NCBI GenBank assembly: GCA_041583775.1
Contig: JBFHFF010000004.1
Location: forward strand, 66,428-130,427
Source: Candidatus Moraniibacteriota bacterium
GTDB lineage: Bacteria; Patescibacteriota; Minisyncoccia; Moranbacterales; DUUL01
Reading direction: 5' to 3'
DNA: 64,000 bases
The notes under the pieces were generated by a model that was given only the letters and a program-made list of their open reading frames with translations, was not told the origin of the DNA and searched no databases. Within the stretch, counting starts at the first letter, position 1, and the number at the start of each line of letters is the position of its first letter. This document shows, one piece after another, positions 21,480-30,960 of this stretch. Made by a program: the position numbers and the translations under genes.

Positions 21480-22655
21480 TTATTTTAATTTTTTATATAA
21501 ATTCAATGTTTGCTCTGCGTTTTTTCTCCAATTAAAATGTTTTGCCCTAGAATTACCTTTCTTAATTAACTCCAATACAAAACTTTCCTTAGTAATTATT
21601 AGCAACAACTTCTCTAAGAAATCATCTTGATTATCGTGCTTGTAGATTACCGCAGCACCTGAACAAATCTCTGGCATACAAGAGGCATCAGTTGAAATAA
21701 CAGGGGTTTTACTTGCCATTGCCTCAATCGCTGGCAATCCGAATCCTTCATAGTTAGAACAAATAGATAATGTTTTTGCTGCCTTGTAATACATAGGCAA
21801 ATCCTCATTAGAAATAAACCCTGAAAAAATAATTTGCCTTGCAATCTCTGGCGACTCTTTTTTAATTTCGTCAAAAACTTGATCAATTTTCTTATCATAA
21901 TTATGCCCAGCCCTATTGCCCCCGATAACTAAATGCAATCTATTAACAGACTCATTTTGAGCAAATTTTTGTTTAAAAGCAGTAAAACTTTTAAGTAGAA
22001 AAGGGATATTTTTCCTTGGTTGTAAAGTGCCTACATATAAAATAAAATCTTTTGGCAATTTATGCTCTTTTTTGAATAGTGCCAATTCCTGCTCCGAGAC
22101 TTCACTAAAAAAATCTTTTGAAGCACCACCATTATAAATCACTTCAATTTTTTCTTCTGGAATTTTATACACATCAATAATTTCTTTTTTTGTAAATTCC
22201 GAAACAGCAATAATTTTATCAGCCCTTTTCAAAGACAACGGAATAAATCTATTTAAAAGAAAAAGATCTTTTTTATCTATAAATTCTGGATATCTAGCGA
22301 AGGAAATGTCATGAATCGTTGTGATTAATTTAACTTTCCCAGGAAGCCATATTGGCGTGATATATTGAACATGCAAAATGTCCACAGGAAACTTTTTTAT
22401 AAAAACAGGCAAAGACCAAAATGTCCAAAATGCTTTTTTAGATGGCAATACTGAATAGATTTCAAATTTTCCATTTTCCTTGTGAACAAATTTACCCTCT
22501 ATTTCTTTCAGCTTGCACTCACTTTTTTCATCTGTAAATAAAGAAAAACTATCCCCTGAGTTCATTTCCAAAAGATTTCCCACCAATTGCAAAGTAACGG
22601 TTTCGTCTCCCGTTCTATTTTTTCCTATGGTTCTAATATCGAGTCCTATTTTCAT
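21480..22655 (-). CDS. family 4 glycosyltransferase
   Basis: GT4 C-terminal region (FILYVGTLQPRKN..., EGFGLPAIEAMA). Confidence 0.8.
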   Translation of the reverse strand: MKIGLDIRTIGKNRTGDETVTLQLVGNLLEMNSGDSFSLFTDEKSECKLKEIEGKFVHKENGKFEIYSVLPSKKAFWTFWSLPVFIKKFPVDILHVQYITPIWLPGKVKLITTIHDISFARYPEFIDKKDLFLLNRFIPLSLKRADKIIAVSEFTKKEIIDVYKIPEEKIEVIYNGGASKDFFSEVSEQELALFKKEHKLPKDFILYVGTLQPRKNIPFLLKSFTAFKQKFAQNESVNRLHLVIGGNRAGHNYDKKIDQVFDEIKKESPEIARQIIFSGFISNEDLPMYYKAAKTLSICSNYEGFGLPAIEAMASKTPVISTDASCMPEICSGAAVIYKHDNQDDFLEKLLLIITKESFVLELIKKGNSRAKHFNWRKNAEQTLNLYKKLK

Positions 22656-22740
22656 AATAAACTGAGACTGTTTATTTTTTGTTTTTGTGTTTTTATTTCA
22701 GCTATAAAGATAACTAGCACTTGTCTAGACTTTTTCTTTG

Positions 22741-22814
22741 TAGCGGCGAGAGGAGTTGAACCTCTGACCTCGGGCTTATGAGTCCCACGCTCTAACCAAC
22801 TGAGCTACGCCGCC
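22741..22814 (-). tRNA. tRNA-Met (CAT), elongator or Ile2/lysidine type
   Basis: Cloverleaf by eye; anticodon loop CTCATAA; G1-U72. Confidence 0.7.
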
Positions 22815-22915
22815 AATTTGTTATTTTACATAAAAAAATCAATCTTCTACAAACAATTTTCAACTTATATATGAGATTGAAAACTGAGCATCGAAAATTG
22901 AAAATCAAAATTTTG

Positions 22916-22989
22916 TTGCGGGGACCGGATTCGAACCGATGACCTACTGGTTATGAGCCAGTCGAGCTACCAGACTGCTCCACCCCGCG
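22916..22989 (-). tRNA. initiator tRNA-fMet (CAT)
   Basis: CGCGGGGTGGAGCAG...CCCCGCAA, very similar to E. coli tRNAfMet and with the diagnostic C1/A72 mismatch. Confidence 0.8.
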
Positions 22990-23055
22990 ATTGGATAGTT
23001 GTCTTGAACCAACTTGATACTATTCTTACACAAAAAACTTTCTCTGTCAATTAAG

Positions 23056-24573
23056 TTATTTTTTGTTTATAATATGTACTCCTCCTTTTCTTAGTGTATT
23101 TTTTATTTTTGCTTGAGCATGCGCAGTCTTAACGAACCTCAGCCAGTCACGACTTGGCAGTTTTTTCTCTTTTGATGTAACGATTTCAAGCAAATCTCCA
23201 TTGTGAATCGTATAGTCAAGAGAGACCATCTTACCATTTGCTCTCGCACCCATTGCTCTGTCACCAATTTCTGAATGAATTCTATAGGCAAAATCTATAG
23301 GAGTTGCACCTTCTGGCAATTCTATTACATCTCCACTTGGAGTAAAGGCAAATATATGATTCTTAAAAAAATCAAATTTAATTGAACGCCAAAAATCATC
23401 ACTCTCTCCACCGGTTTCGGTATGCCATTGTTTTAATTGTTGCACCCACTCCAATTCTTTCTCCGGAACTTCAGCAGCTTTAGGCTCTCTTCTTAAAACA
23501 ATATCGGTCCATGTTCTGCCTTGTGTATATATCCAATGAGCCGCAATTCCATATTCAGCCTCATCATGCATTCGCTCTGTTCTGATTTGAATTTCAAGTA
23601 TTTTTCCTTCTGGACCAAAAACTGTTGTATGGATTGATTTATATCCATTTGGTTTTGGAAGAGATATATAATCTTTAATACGACCTATAAGTGGCCTGTA
23701 CTTTCTATGTACAATCCCTAAGGTTTCATAACAAGCAGCAACCGTTGTAACAACAAGTCTAATTGCAACCAGATCATAAACCTTGTCAATGTCCATATCA
23801 CGCTTCTCGAGTTTTTTATATAAACGATAATACCTTTTTGCTCTTCCGTGAATATCGACTAATTTTATCCCTGCACCCTTTAATTCAACTTTCAGCTCTT
23901 CAATCGCTGATTCTATATATTGTGCACGAGACTTATATGCTTCAGTTTCTAATTTAACTGTCTCTTTGTACTTTTCTGGCTCTAAATACTTAAAAGCTAA
24001 GTCTTCAAGCTCTCCCTTAATTTCACCAATTCCAAAACGATTTGCAATCGGAACAAAAATTTCCATCGTCTCTTTTGCAATCCTAAATCTCTTTTCCTCA
24101 GGTAATGCGTCAAGCGTTCTCATATTATGCAACCTATCTGCAAGTTTGATAAGTATTACCCGAATATCAGCAGCCATCGCCATAAACATTTTCCGCAGAT
24201 TATCAAGATAATACTCTTCGATACTTCCCTTTAATCTGACATGTCCCAGTTTTGTTACGCCTGCCACAATAAATGCGACTTCATTTCCAAACGCTTTTTC
24301 TATTTCATCCAGTGTGATATTTGTATCCTCTGGGACATCGTGTAGAAGCGCTGCCGTGACTGTAACCGAACCAAGACCCATAGTCACTAGAGTTGCAGCA
24401 GTTTCAACACAATGAACAAAATAATCTTCTCCTGACCTTCTTTTTTGTCCCTCGTGCGCTTTTTTAGCTAAATCATAAGCCTTTGAGATCCGCTCAATCC
24501 GTTTACTATCATAAGGAGTCTTTCTTAAAGAAATAAGTTCCTTTAATGTTTTTGGCTGTATAACTTCTGGCAT
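23056..24573 (-). CDS. rel: short RelA/SpoT homologue (HD hydrolase + synthetase + TGS only)
   Basis: HDVPEDT HD motif, synthetase region, TGS-like end; 505 aa, so it lacks the usual C-terminal regulatory domains. Confidence 0.8.
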   Translation of the reverse strand: MPEVIQPKTLKELISLRKTPYDSKRIERISKAYDLAKKAHEGQKRRSGEDYFVHCVETAATLVTMGLGSVTVTAALLHDVPEDTNITLDEIEKAFGNEVAFIVAGVTKLGHVRLKGSIEEYYLDNLRKMFMAMAADIRVILIKLADRLHNMRTLDALPEEKRFRIAKETMEIFVPIANRFGIGEIKGELEDLAFKYLEPEKYKETVKLETEAYKSRAQYIESAIEELKVELKGAGIKLVDIHGRAKRYYRLYKKLEKRDMDIDKVYDLVAIRLVVTTVAACYETLGIVHRKYRPLIGRIKDYISLPKPNGYKSIHTTVFGPEGKILEIQIRTERMHDEAEYGIAAHWIYTQGRTWTDIVLRREPKAAEVPEKELEWVQQLKQWHTETGGESDDFWRSIKFDFFKNHIFAFTPSGDVIELPEGATPIDFAYRIHSEIGDRAMGARANGKMVSLDYTIHNGDLLEIVTSKEKKLPSRDWLRFVKTAHAQAKIKNTLRKGGVHIINKK

Positions 24574-24622
24574 TAAATATTTCTAACTAATTTTTATTTT
24601 CTACATTTAAATGTTCACAAAT

Positions 24623-24898
24623 CTAAATCCTCTTTTTCCTTTCATTATCTTGCTTTTCTGGTACATTGTCAACTCCTCCCTCATTCCAAGGATGACAGCG
24701 AATTACTCTGCGAAATCCTAAATAAGAGCCTTTAATTGAACCAAAGCGTTGGATTGCTTCTAGTGTATATTGCGAACAGGTTGGATGAAATCTACAAGTT
24801 CTTTCACTATAAAAATAGGAGAAAAATCCAGTATCTCTTGAAAGTGTTTTTTGATATAACTTTATTAAAAAAATAAGAATATTCTTCATCAATAACAT
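24623..24898 (-). CDS. yidD: membrane protein insertion efficiency factor YidD
   Basis: Conserved YidD core ...CRFHPTCSQY...GFRRVIRCHPW. Confidence 0.8.
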   Translation of the reverse strand: MLLMKNILIFLIKLYQKTLSRDTGFFSYFYSERTCRFHPTCSQYTLEAIQRFGSIKGSYLGFRRVIRCHPWNEGGVDNVPEKQDNERKKRI

Positions 24899-25037
24899 CT
24901 CAAAGATTACACCCCTCTTTTAATTAAATACTTTTTCCTAAATTTAGCAAGCAATCCAAATTCTCTTTTAAATATACTTTTTTTTTGCTAAAATAATAAA
25001 AAGCAAGTAACACAATAACAAATACATACAAAAATTT

Positions 25038-25955
25038 ATGATAAATGAGATCAAGGGAGAAAAAATGAGTTGGATTGATATCCAGAATCCAACCTCTAAA
25101 GACATTTTATATCTTAAGAATAACTTCAATTTAGATACTCTCGTTCTCGATGAATTCACTTCCCCATCACAACGACCGCGTGCACAAGAGTTTGATAATT
25201 GCCTCTACCTAGTAATGCACATTCCCATTTTTGACCGCTTAAAAAGGGTCACTTCCCCCGGAGAACTTGACATTGTAATCACAAAAGATCATCTCATAAC
25301 TTCTCACATTGGCGATAATCTTCCGTTAAAATCGATTGTAAAAGAATTTACTGAAAATGAGATTGCCAAAAAGAATTCGATGTCTGATACAACAGGGTTA
25401 CTTTTATACTTTATCTTAGAAAAACTCTTAGATTCTTGTTTCCCTAAAATCGATCACATTAATGAACAATTAAATGAAATTGAAAAACAAATTTTCAACG
25501 GAAATGAAAGGGGAATGGTCAAAGAAACATCTCTTGTCAAAAGAGATATTCTGGCCTTCAGAAGAACTCTAAAACCTCAAAGGAGCATTCTCGAATCACT
25601 CGTTCAAAAACATTATGTGCTTTTGGATGAGAATTTGAATAAATATTTTCAGGAACTTATCGGAATTAATATCAGGGTCTGGAATGCCCTTGAAAATACA
25701 AAAGAAGTGATTGAGTCCTTAGAAGAAACAAATAATGCGATGGTTTCCTATCAAATAAATGAAGCGATGCGATTTTTAACCTCCATATCCCTTATCACCT
25801 TCACCCTTTCAGTAACTGTCGGAGTTTTCGGGATGGCACCCTTTGAATCATTCTCTATAGCAAAAAATCCCATAACTTTTTGGGTGATTCTTCTCTTTAT
25901 GGCTCTTACGGCTACATTTTTGCTCATATTTTTCAAGAGAAAAAAGTGGTTGTAG
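25038..25955 (+). CDS. CorA-family divalent cation transporter with GMA in place of the GMN signature
   Basis: CorA-like soluble domain (LAFRRTLKPQRSILESL), YQINEAMRFLT, two C-terminal TM helices; FGMAPF where YGMNF is expected. Confidence 0.7.
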   Translation: MINEIKGEKMSWIDIQNPTSKDILYLKNNFNLDTLVLDEFTSPSQRPRAQEFDNCLYLVMHIPIFDRLKRVTSPGELDIVITKDHLITSHIGDNLPLKSIVKEFTENEIAKKNSMSDTTGLLLYFILEKLLDSCFPKIDHINEQLNEIEKQIFNGNERGMVKETSLVKRDILAFRRTLKPQRSILESLVQKHYVLLDENLNKYFQELIGINIRVWNALENTKEVIESLEETNNAMVSYQINEAMRFLTSISLITFTLSVTVGVFGMAPFESFSIAKNPITFWVILLFMALTATFLLIFFKRKKWL

Positions 25956-26095
25956 AATTGGTGAAAAACAAAAAATGCAAATTTTATCAATACACTGATT
26001 TTAGCTCAATATATTGAGAGAATTATTTGTAAAAATAGCTATTCTAACATAGAATCAAATAAATCAGAGTTTCAAATAGTTTCATCGTTCTCAAA

Positions 26096-27670
26096 ATGAA
26101 GATGCAAAACTCTTTTTGGAAAATTACCTGCACAACATTTAATCATTGTACCTCCATCATGTCCAACTTTTTATTGAAATCAACTTTTATTGTCCTTATC
26201 TCCGAAATTATTTATAACCTCTCTGGCTACATCATTCATGCAGCCGTGGGACGACTTTTGGGTCCTGCTGATTATGGACGCTTTGCTATCATCGTGACAC
26301 TCACTACTATGACCATAGTACTCATCGGACAAAGTATTCCAACTGCTATGTCGAAATATTTAAGCGAAGTTTTTGAAAACAAAAAAGAGCTCATTAAGAT
26401 TATTAAATGGCAAACAATTAAAATTCAAACAATTATAGTTGGTGGCGCAACTATTTTATTTTTTCTTATTTCACCGCTCATTGCGCTAGCTCTAGGCGAC
26501 TCAAGCCTTACCAACCTCTTCCGCTTGTCATCGCTTGTCATTCCAGCTTTTGCTGCCGCTTCTTTCTATTTCTATTATTATACCGGCTTGCATCGTTTCA
26601 AAATTCAAGCATTTCTCAAAACAAGCCGTGGTGTCTTAAGAATAACTTTTATTATTGGATTAGCACTTATATTAAAACCATATGGTTTGGCCATCCAGGG
26701 CGCAATTCTAGGCTATGCTGCTGCACCTTTTGTTTTGTTTTTAATTGGCTTAGGAATTGATAAGTTTAAAATCAAAAAAGAATTACAAGCCGTTTCACCA
26801 CAAAAAGACAAGGGAATGTCTTTTGATTGGAAAAAATTAACTTCTTTCGCTTGGCCAGTAACAATATTTTTAATTGCCTATCAGCTCTTAAACACTATTG
26901 ACCTCTATCTCGTGAAAGGGATTTTGCATTCCGACACACAAACAGGTGTCTATAATGCTGCTTATACCGTTGGCTCTATCCCCTACAATTTATTTTACGC
27001 ACTCACTATTATTCTCCTACCAGCAGTTTCGAAGTCAACATCCTCCAATAATAATCAAGAAACTAAGAAAATCATTAGTCAATCACTACGCTTTTTAACT
27101 ATGTTTCTTGTGCCAGTTTGCCTGCTTATGTCTTATTTTTCTTTACCGCTTGTTAATATTTTTTATTCGCATGAATTCTCCGCAGCTGCACCAGTTATGT
27201 CTATATATGTCATCGCTGAGGGCTTTCTAACTATTTTCTACATCCTAACTTTCATCTTAAATGGAGCTGGGAAAGTAAAAATTCCAATGTATGCAGCGAT
27301 TGTTGGTTTGTTACTTAATATTTTCATCACTTATTTCTTAGTTAAAATTTATGGTCTCTTGGGAGCAGCTAGTGGCACCGCTATTATGTCTTTAGTTATA
27401 ATGATTTTTGGATTAATCTACACTTACCGAGAATTCGGCTATCTTTTCCCGCTTAAAAGTTTTTTCAAAATCTCACTAGCATCTTTCTCGATGATTTCAA
27501 TGGCCTTCTTTTTTCCACGCACTGGATATCTGTTTATTGTCTATTCCGCTCTCCTTTTTGCTTTCTATATTCTTTTGCTTTGGATCTTTCAAGAACTTAA
27601 AAAAGATGATTTAGTAATTTTTAAAAACATTCTAAATAGGAAAAAACAAAAAAAGCCCTTGCATAGTTGA
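26096..27670 (+). CDS. MOP-superfamily polysaccharide flippase (Wzx-like)
   Basis: About 14 predicted TM helices, 524 aa, Wzx/MurJ-like. Confidence 0.65.
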   Translation: MKMQNSFWKITCTTFNHCTSIMSNFLLKSTFIVLISEIIYNLSGYIIHAAVGRLLGPADYGRFAIIVTLTTMTIVLIGQSIPTAMSKYLSEVFENKKELIKIIKWQTIKIQTIIVGGATILFFLISPLIALALGDSSLTNLFRLSSLVIPAFAAASFYFYYYTGLHRFKIQAFLKTSRGVLRITFIIGLALILKPYGLAIQGAILGYAAAPFVLFLIGLGIDKFKIKKELQAVSPQKDKGMSFDWKKLTSFAWPVTIFLIAYQLLNTIDLYLVKGILHSDTQTGVYNAAYTVGSIPYNLFYALTIILLPAVSKSTSSNNNQETKKIISQSLRFLTMFLVPVCLLMSYFSLPLVNIFYSHEFSAAAPVMSIYVIAEGFLTIFYILTFILNGAGKVKIPMYAAIVGLLLNIFITYFLVKIYGLLGAASGTAIMSLVIMIFGLIYTYREFGYLFPLKSFFKISLASFSMISMAFFFPRTGYLFIVYSALLFAFYILLLWIFQELKKDDLVIFKNILNRKKQKKPLHS

Positions 27671-27909
27671 TAACTGCAGGGACTTTTATGTAAATCGTTG
27701 CCAGGTTATTTTATTAACCTGATTGTCAACGGGTAGTGGCACTCTTTCCCGTTGACTGCGTTTAATATAGCAATTGTTATATAAATCACCCAATGTTTTC
27801 TCTCCCATTTTTTCCTCCTAATTGATAGGTTTTGGACTTAGTGTCCGTTTATTTCAACATTGATAATAAATTAAAGCACAATGCTGAGTTTATGTCAAGA
27901 TGTTGGGTT

Positions 27910-27938
27910 TTGACACAACCAAAAAAGTATCCTACACT
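27910..27938 (+). promoter_or_regulatory. candidate sigma70-type promoter for the T-box leader
   Basis: TTGACA-17 nt-TACACT about 280 nt upstream of cysK. Confidence 0.35.
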
Positions 27939-27944
27939 TAAATT

Positions 27945-28193
27945 GTTCTTTAATTTCACTAAAAAATCTTGACCAAGGAAGCGTGCGCCTTGTTCGTCTA
28001 TGCAAATAGACAGATTATGAGAGTAAAACCTTGAAGAATTTCAAGACAATTCTCATCGGTAGAACCCGTAACAGTTCAATGAAGGTTTTCTCTAGTATTA
28101 TTTACAAGAGAAAATGAATAAAGGTGGAACCGCGAAATTTCTCGCCCTTTTATGAAAAGTATTTTTCATAAAGGACGAGAGATTTTTTGTTTT
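27945..28193 (+). promoter_or_regulatory. T-box riboswitch-like leader upstream of cysK-cysS
   Basis: AATAAAGGTGGAACCGCG (28116-28133) matches the T-box consensus AGGGUGGNACCGCG with a UGGA bulge; strong terminator hairpin tctcgccctttt...aaaggacgagag plus a U-run (28138-28193); no ORF in this 520-nt region. Confidence 0.65.
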
Positions 28194-28220
28194 ATACCCC
28201 TCTAGTAATAACCTCTCAAA

Positions 28221-29123
28221 ATGAAAAAAACCACTGACATCACAAAACTGATTGGCAACACTCCCCTGATAAAATTGAGTTCTTTTTGTGGCGAAAACTT
28301 TGACATCTATGCTAAACTAGAAGGAGAAAACATAGGTGGTTCTATTAAAGATCGTGTCGCTCTAGCACTAATTCAAGATTTAGAAAAAAAAGGGTTGTTA
28401 GGTAATAACAAAACAATCTTCGAACCATCCTCAGGAAACACTGGAATTGGCCTCGCAATGATTGGAACAAAAAAGGGATATCCTGTAAAAATCATGCTTC
28501 CAGAAAATGCCACTCCTGAACGAATAGCTATTTTAAAGATGTTTGGAGCTGAAGTTATTTTCTGCAAAAAAGAGGAATGGAAGGGAGACACAGCCATAGA
28601 AATGGTAAAAAAAATGACTTCTGAGGATAATTCGCTAGTCATGCCAAATCAATATGAAAATGAGGCTTGCGTACAAGTACATTTCGATACGACCGGAAAA
28701 GAAATCGTTGAACAACTTCCAGACATCACTCATCTAGTGGCCACGGTTGGTACAGGTGGTACAGTTACTGGAGTTGGAAAAAGAATGAAGTATTTTAATA
28801 ACGAGATTCAGGTTGTTGGTATTGAAATAGGACAAAATTCAACAATTCCTGGTCCTAGAAATCTAGATACATTTATTCCAAAAATTCTCAATTCAAATTT
28901 TATTGATCAAAGCCTTAGAATAAAAAAAGAACCAGAAGTATATGAAATACACAAGAAACTTTGTATTTATGAGGGATTATTCTATGGAATTTCCTCAGCA
29001 GCCACTCTCTACGGAGCTTTGAAAATAGCTGAAAAAATCAAACCTTCCAGCGGAAAAAAGGCTCAAATCGTTTGCATATTCCCCGATCGTGGAGAAAAAT
29101 ATCTAAGTCAGTTCATCAAATAA
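28221..29123 (+). CDS. cysK: cysteine synthase (O-acetylserine sulfhydrylase), PLP-dependent
   Basis: GGSIKDRVA PLP-lysine motif, SSGNTGIGLA. Confidence 0.85.
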   Translation: MKKTTDITKLIGNTPLIKLSSFCGENFDIYAKLEGENIGGSIKDRVALALIQDLEKKGLLGNNKTIFEPSSGNTGIGLAMIGTKKGYPVKIMLPENATPERIAILKMFGAEVIFCKKEEWKGDTAIEMVKKMTSEDNSLVMPNQYENEACVQVHFDTTGKEIVEQLPDITHLVATVGTGGTVTGVGKRMKYFNNEIQVVGIEIGQNSTIPGPRNLDTFIPKILNSNFIDQSLRIKKEPEVYEIHKKLCIYEGLFYGISSAATLYGALKIAEKIKPSSGKKAQIVCIFPDRGEKYLSQFIK

Positions 29124-29143
29124 TCACTTTAAATAAAAAATAA

Positions 29144-30589
29144 ATGTTCAAGCTATTCAACACCCTTTCAGGAGAAAAAGAAGAATTCAAATCAATTGAA
29201 GTGGGAAAAGTCAAGATTTATACCTGCGGACCAACAGTTTATGATTATGCTCATATTGGAAATCTTTGTGCCTATATTCACGCAGATACACTAAAGCGTT
29301 CCCTGGAGTCCTTTGGCTATGAAGTGCGCCACATTGTGAATATAACTGATGTAGGACATCTAACTGCAGATGAAATAAATCAGGCGGATTCTGGTGAAGA
29401 CAAAATGTTAAAAGCGGCGTTAAGAGAAAATAAAAGCTCAGAAGAAATTGCAAACTTTTACACAGAACAATTTTTCAAAGACATTGAGATTCTGAACATT
29501 GAAAAAGCCAATTATTATCCTCGCGCCACAGCTCATATATCACAAATGATTACTATCATCAAAACTCTGATTGAAAAGGAGCTTGCATATGAAAATAATG
29601 GTAATGTTTTTTATGATGTTGAAAAATTCAAAGAATATGGAAAACTTTCCAAGAAAAAAATAGCTAATCTAAAACACGGCGCAAGACTCGAAAATCATCC
29701 AGACAAAAAACATTCTTATGATTTTGCACTTTGGTTGAAGGCACCAAAAGACCATATTTTGAAATGGGAAAGCCCTTGGTCGATTGGATATCCAGGTTGG
29801 CACATTGAATGTAGCGCAATGTCAATGGAATATCTTGGAGAGACACTAGATATTCATACTGGTGGCGAAGACCACATTTTTCCACATCATGAAAATGAAA
29901 TTGCTCAATCAGAAGGTTGTACTGGAAAACTTTTTGCAAATTTTTGGTTTCACAATAGATTTTTGCTTGTCAACTCTCAAAAAATGTCAAAGTCTAAAGG
30001 AAATTTTTATAGATTAGGGGATATTATTGAAAAAGGTTTTTCACCAATGGAGTTTAGGATGTTGGTCATAAGCTCTCATTACCGCTCCAGTTTGAATTTT
30101 ACTTGGGATGGAATGGAGCAAGCCAGAAAGAATCTTGAAAAAATTTCTCGTTTTGTTGAAAATATTAAAGAAGTAAGAGAAAATGCTAAGTCTGTAAATG
30201 ATAATGATCTGGTGGAATTAAAAAAATATGAATCGGACTTTTTTGAGGCAATAGAAGATGATTTAAATATTCCCAAGGCTTTAGGTTTTTTATTTGAATT
30301 AATGACATTAGTCAATAAAAATATTGCTGAGGATTCTTTTTCCTCAGAAAATTCAACTTCTATACTTGTTTCTTGGAACAAAATGAATAGAATTTTAGGA
30401 TTAGAGTTGGAAGAAAAAGAGCACACTAAGATTCCAGATGAAATTATCAATTTAGCTAAAAAAAGGGATGATGCTAGAAAAGGAAAAGATTTTGAAAAAG
30501 CAGATGAATTCAGAAAGCTTGTAGAGGAAAAGGGTTATCTAATTCTAGACACCCCAAATAATTTTGAAATTGTCAAAAACAAGAAATAA
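29144..30589 (+). CDS. cysS: cysteinyl-tRNA synthetase
   Basis: HIGN, PGWHIECSAM, KMSKSKGN motifs. Confidence 0.95.
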   Translation: MFKLFNTLSGEKEEFKSIEVGKVKIYTCGPTVYDYAHIGNLCAYIHADTLKRSLESFGYEVRHIVNITDVGHLTADEINQADSGEDKMLKAALRENKSSEEIANFYTEQFFKDIEILNIEKANYYPRATAHISQMITIIKTLIEKELAYENNGNVFYDVEKFKEYGKLSKKKIANLKHGARLENHPDKKHSYDFALWLKAPKDHILKWESPWSIGYPGWHIECSAMSMEYLGETLDIHTGGEDHIFPHHENEIAQSEGCTGKLFANFWFHNRFLLVNSQKMSKSKGNFYRLGDIIEKGFSPMEFRMLVISSHYRSSLNFTWDGMEQARKNLEKISRFVENIKEVRENAKSVNDNDLVELKKYESDFFEAIEDDLNIPKALGFLFELMTLVNKNIAEDSFSSENSTSILVSWNKMNRILGLELEEKEHTKIPDEIINLAKKRDDARKGKDFEKADEFRKLVEEKGYLILDTPNNFEIVKNKK

Positions 30590-30662
30590 AAAGGTGACCA
30601 GAAAGAAGATTCTTCCTTGGCCACCTCTATGGCGGACAAGCTATGTTGTTTTTCATAGCTCC

Positions 30663-30944
30663 TCACATCATAAGTGTTGCGGTTTTCTTTCCTTGAAGAG
30701 GAAAGAAAACCCAGGTTTCAAATTCGTGCTTAATCCTCTCCGCCAAAAGATTGGCTTCGACAGAATTGAATTCTTTTTTCAATCTCTCCAGATATCTGGA
30801 GAAGATGCCTGAAATCAACTGCTCCTCCTCTTGGGAGTCTAAGACCTCGCCAACAAACTGCTCGGCGACAGAAATTAGGCGCTGATCATTGAGATCAACT
30901 GTTAACTCACCCACTGCTGTAAGAATGTAAAATAATTCGGCCAT
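30663..30944 (-). CDS. small acidic helical hypothetical protein (93 aa)
   Basis: Start MAELFYIL preceded by a perfect SD AGAAGGAGGT; the upstream part of the longer six-frame ORF overlaps dusB on the other strand and is discarded. Confidence 0.55.
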   Translation of the reverse strand: MAELFYILTAVGELTVDLNDQRLISVAEQFVGEVLDSQEEEQLISGIFSRYLERLKKEFNSVEANLLAERIKHEFETWVFFPLQGKKTATLMM

Positions 30945-30960
30945 AATAATACCTCCTTCT

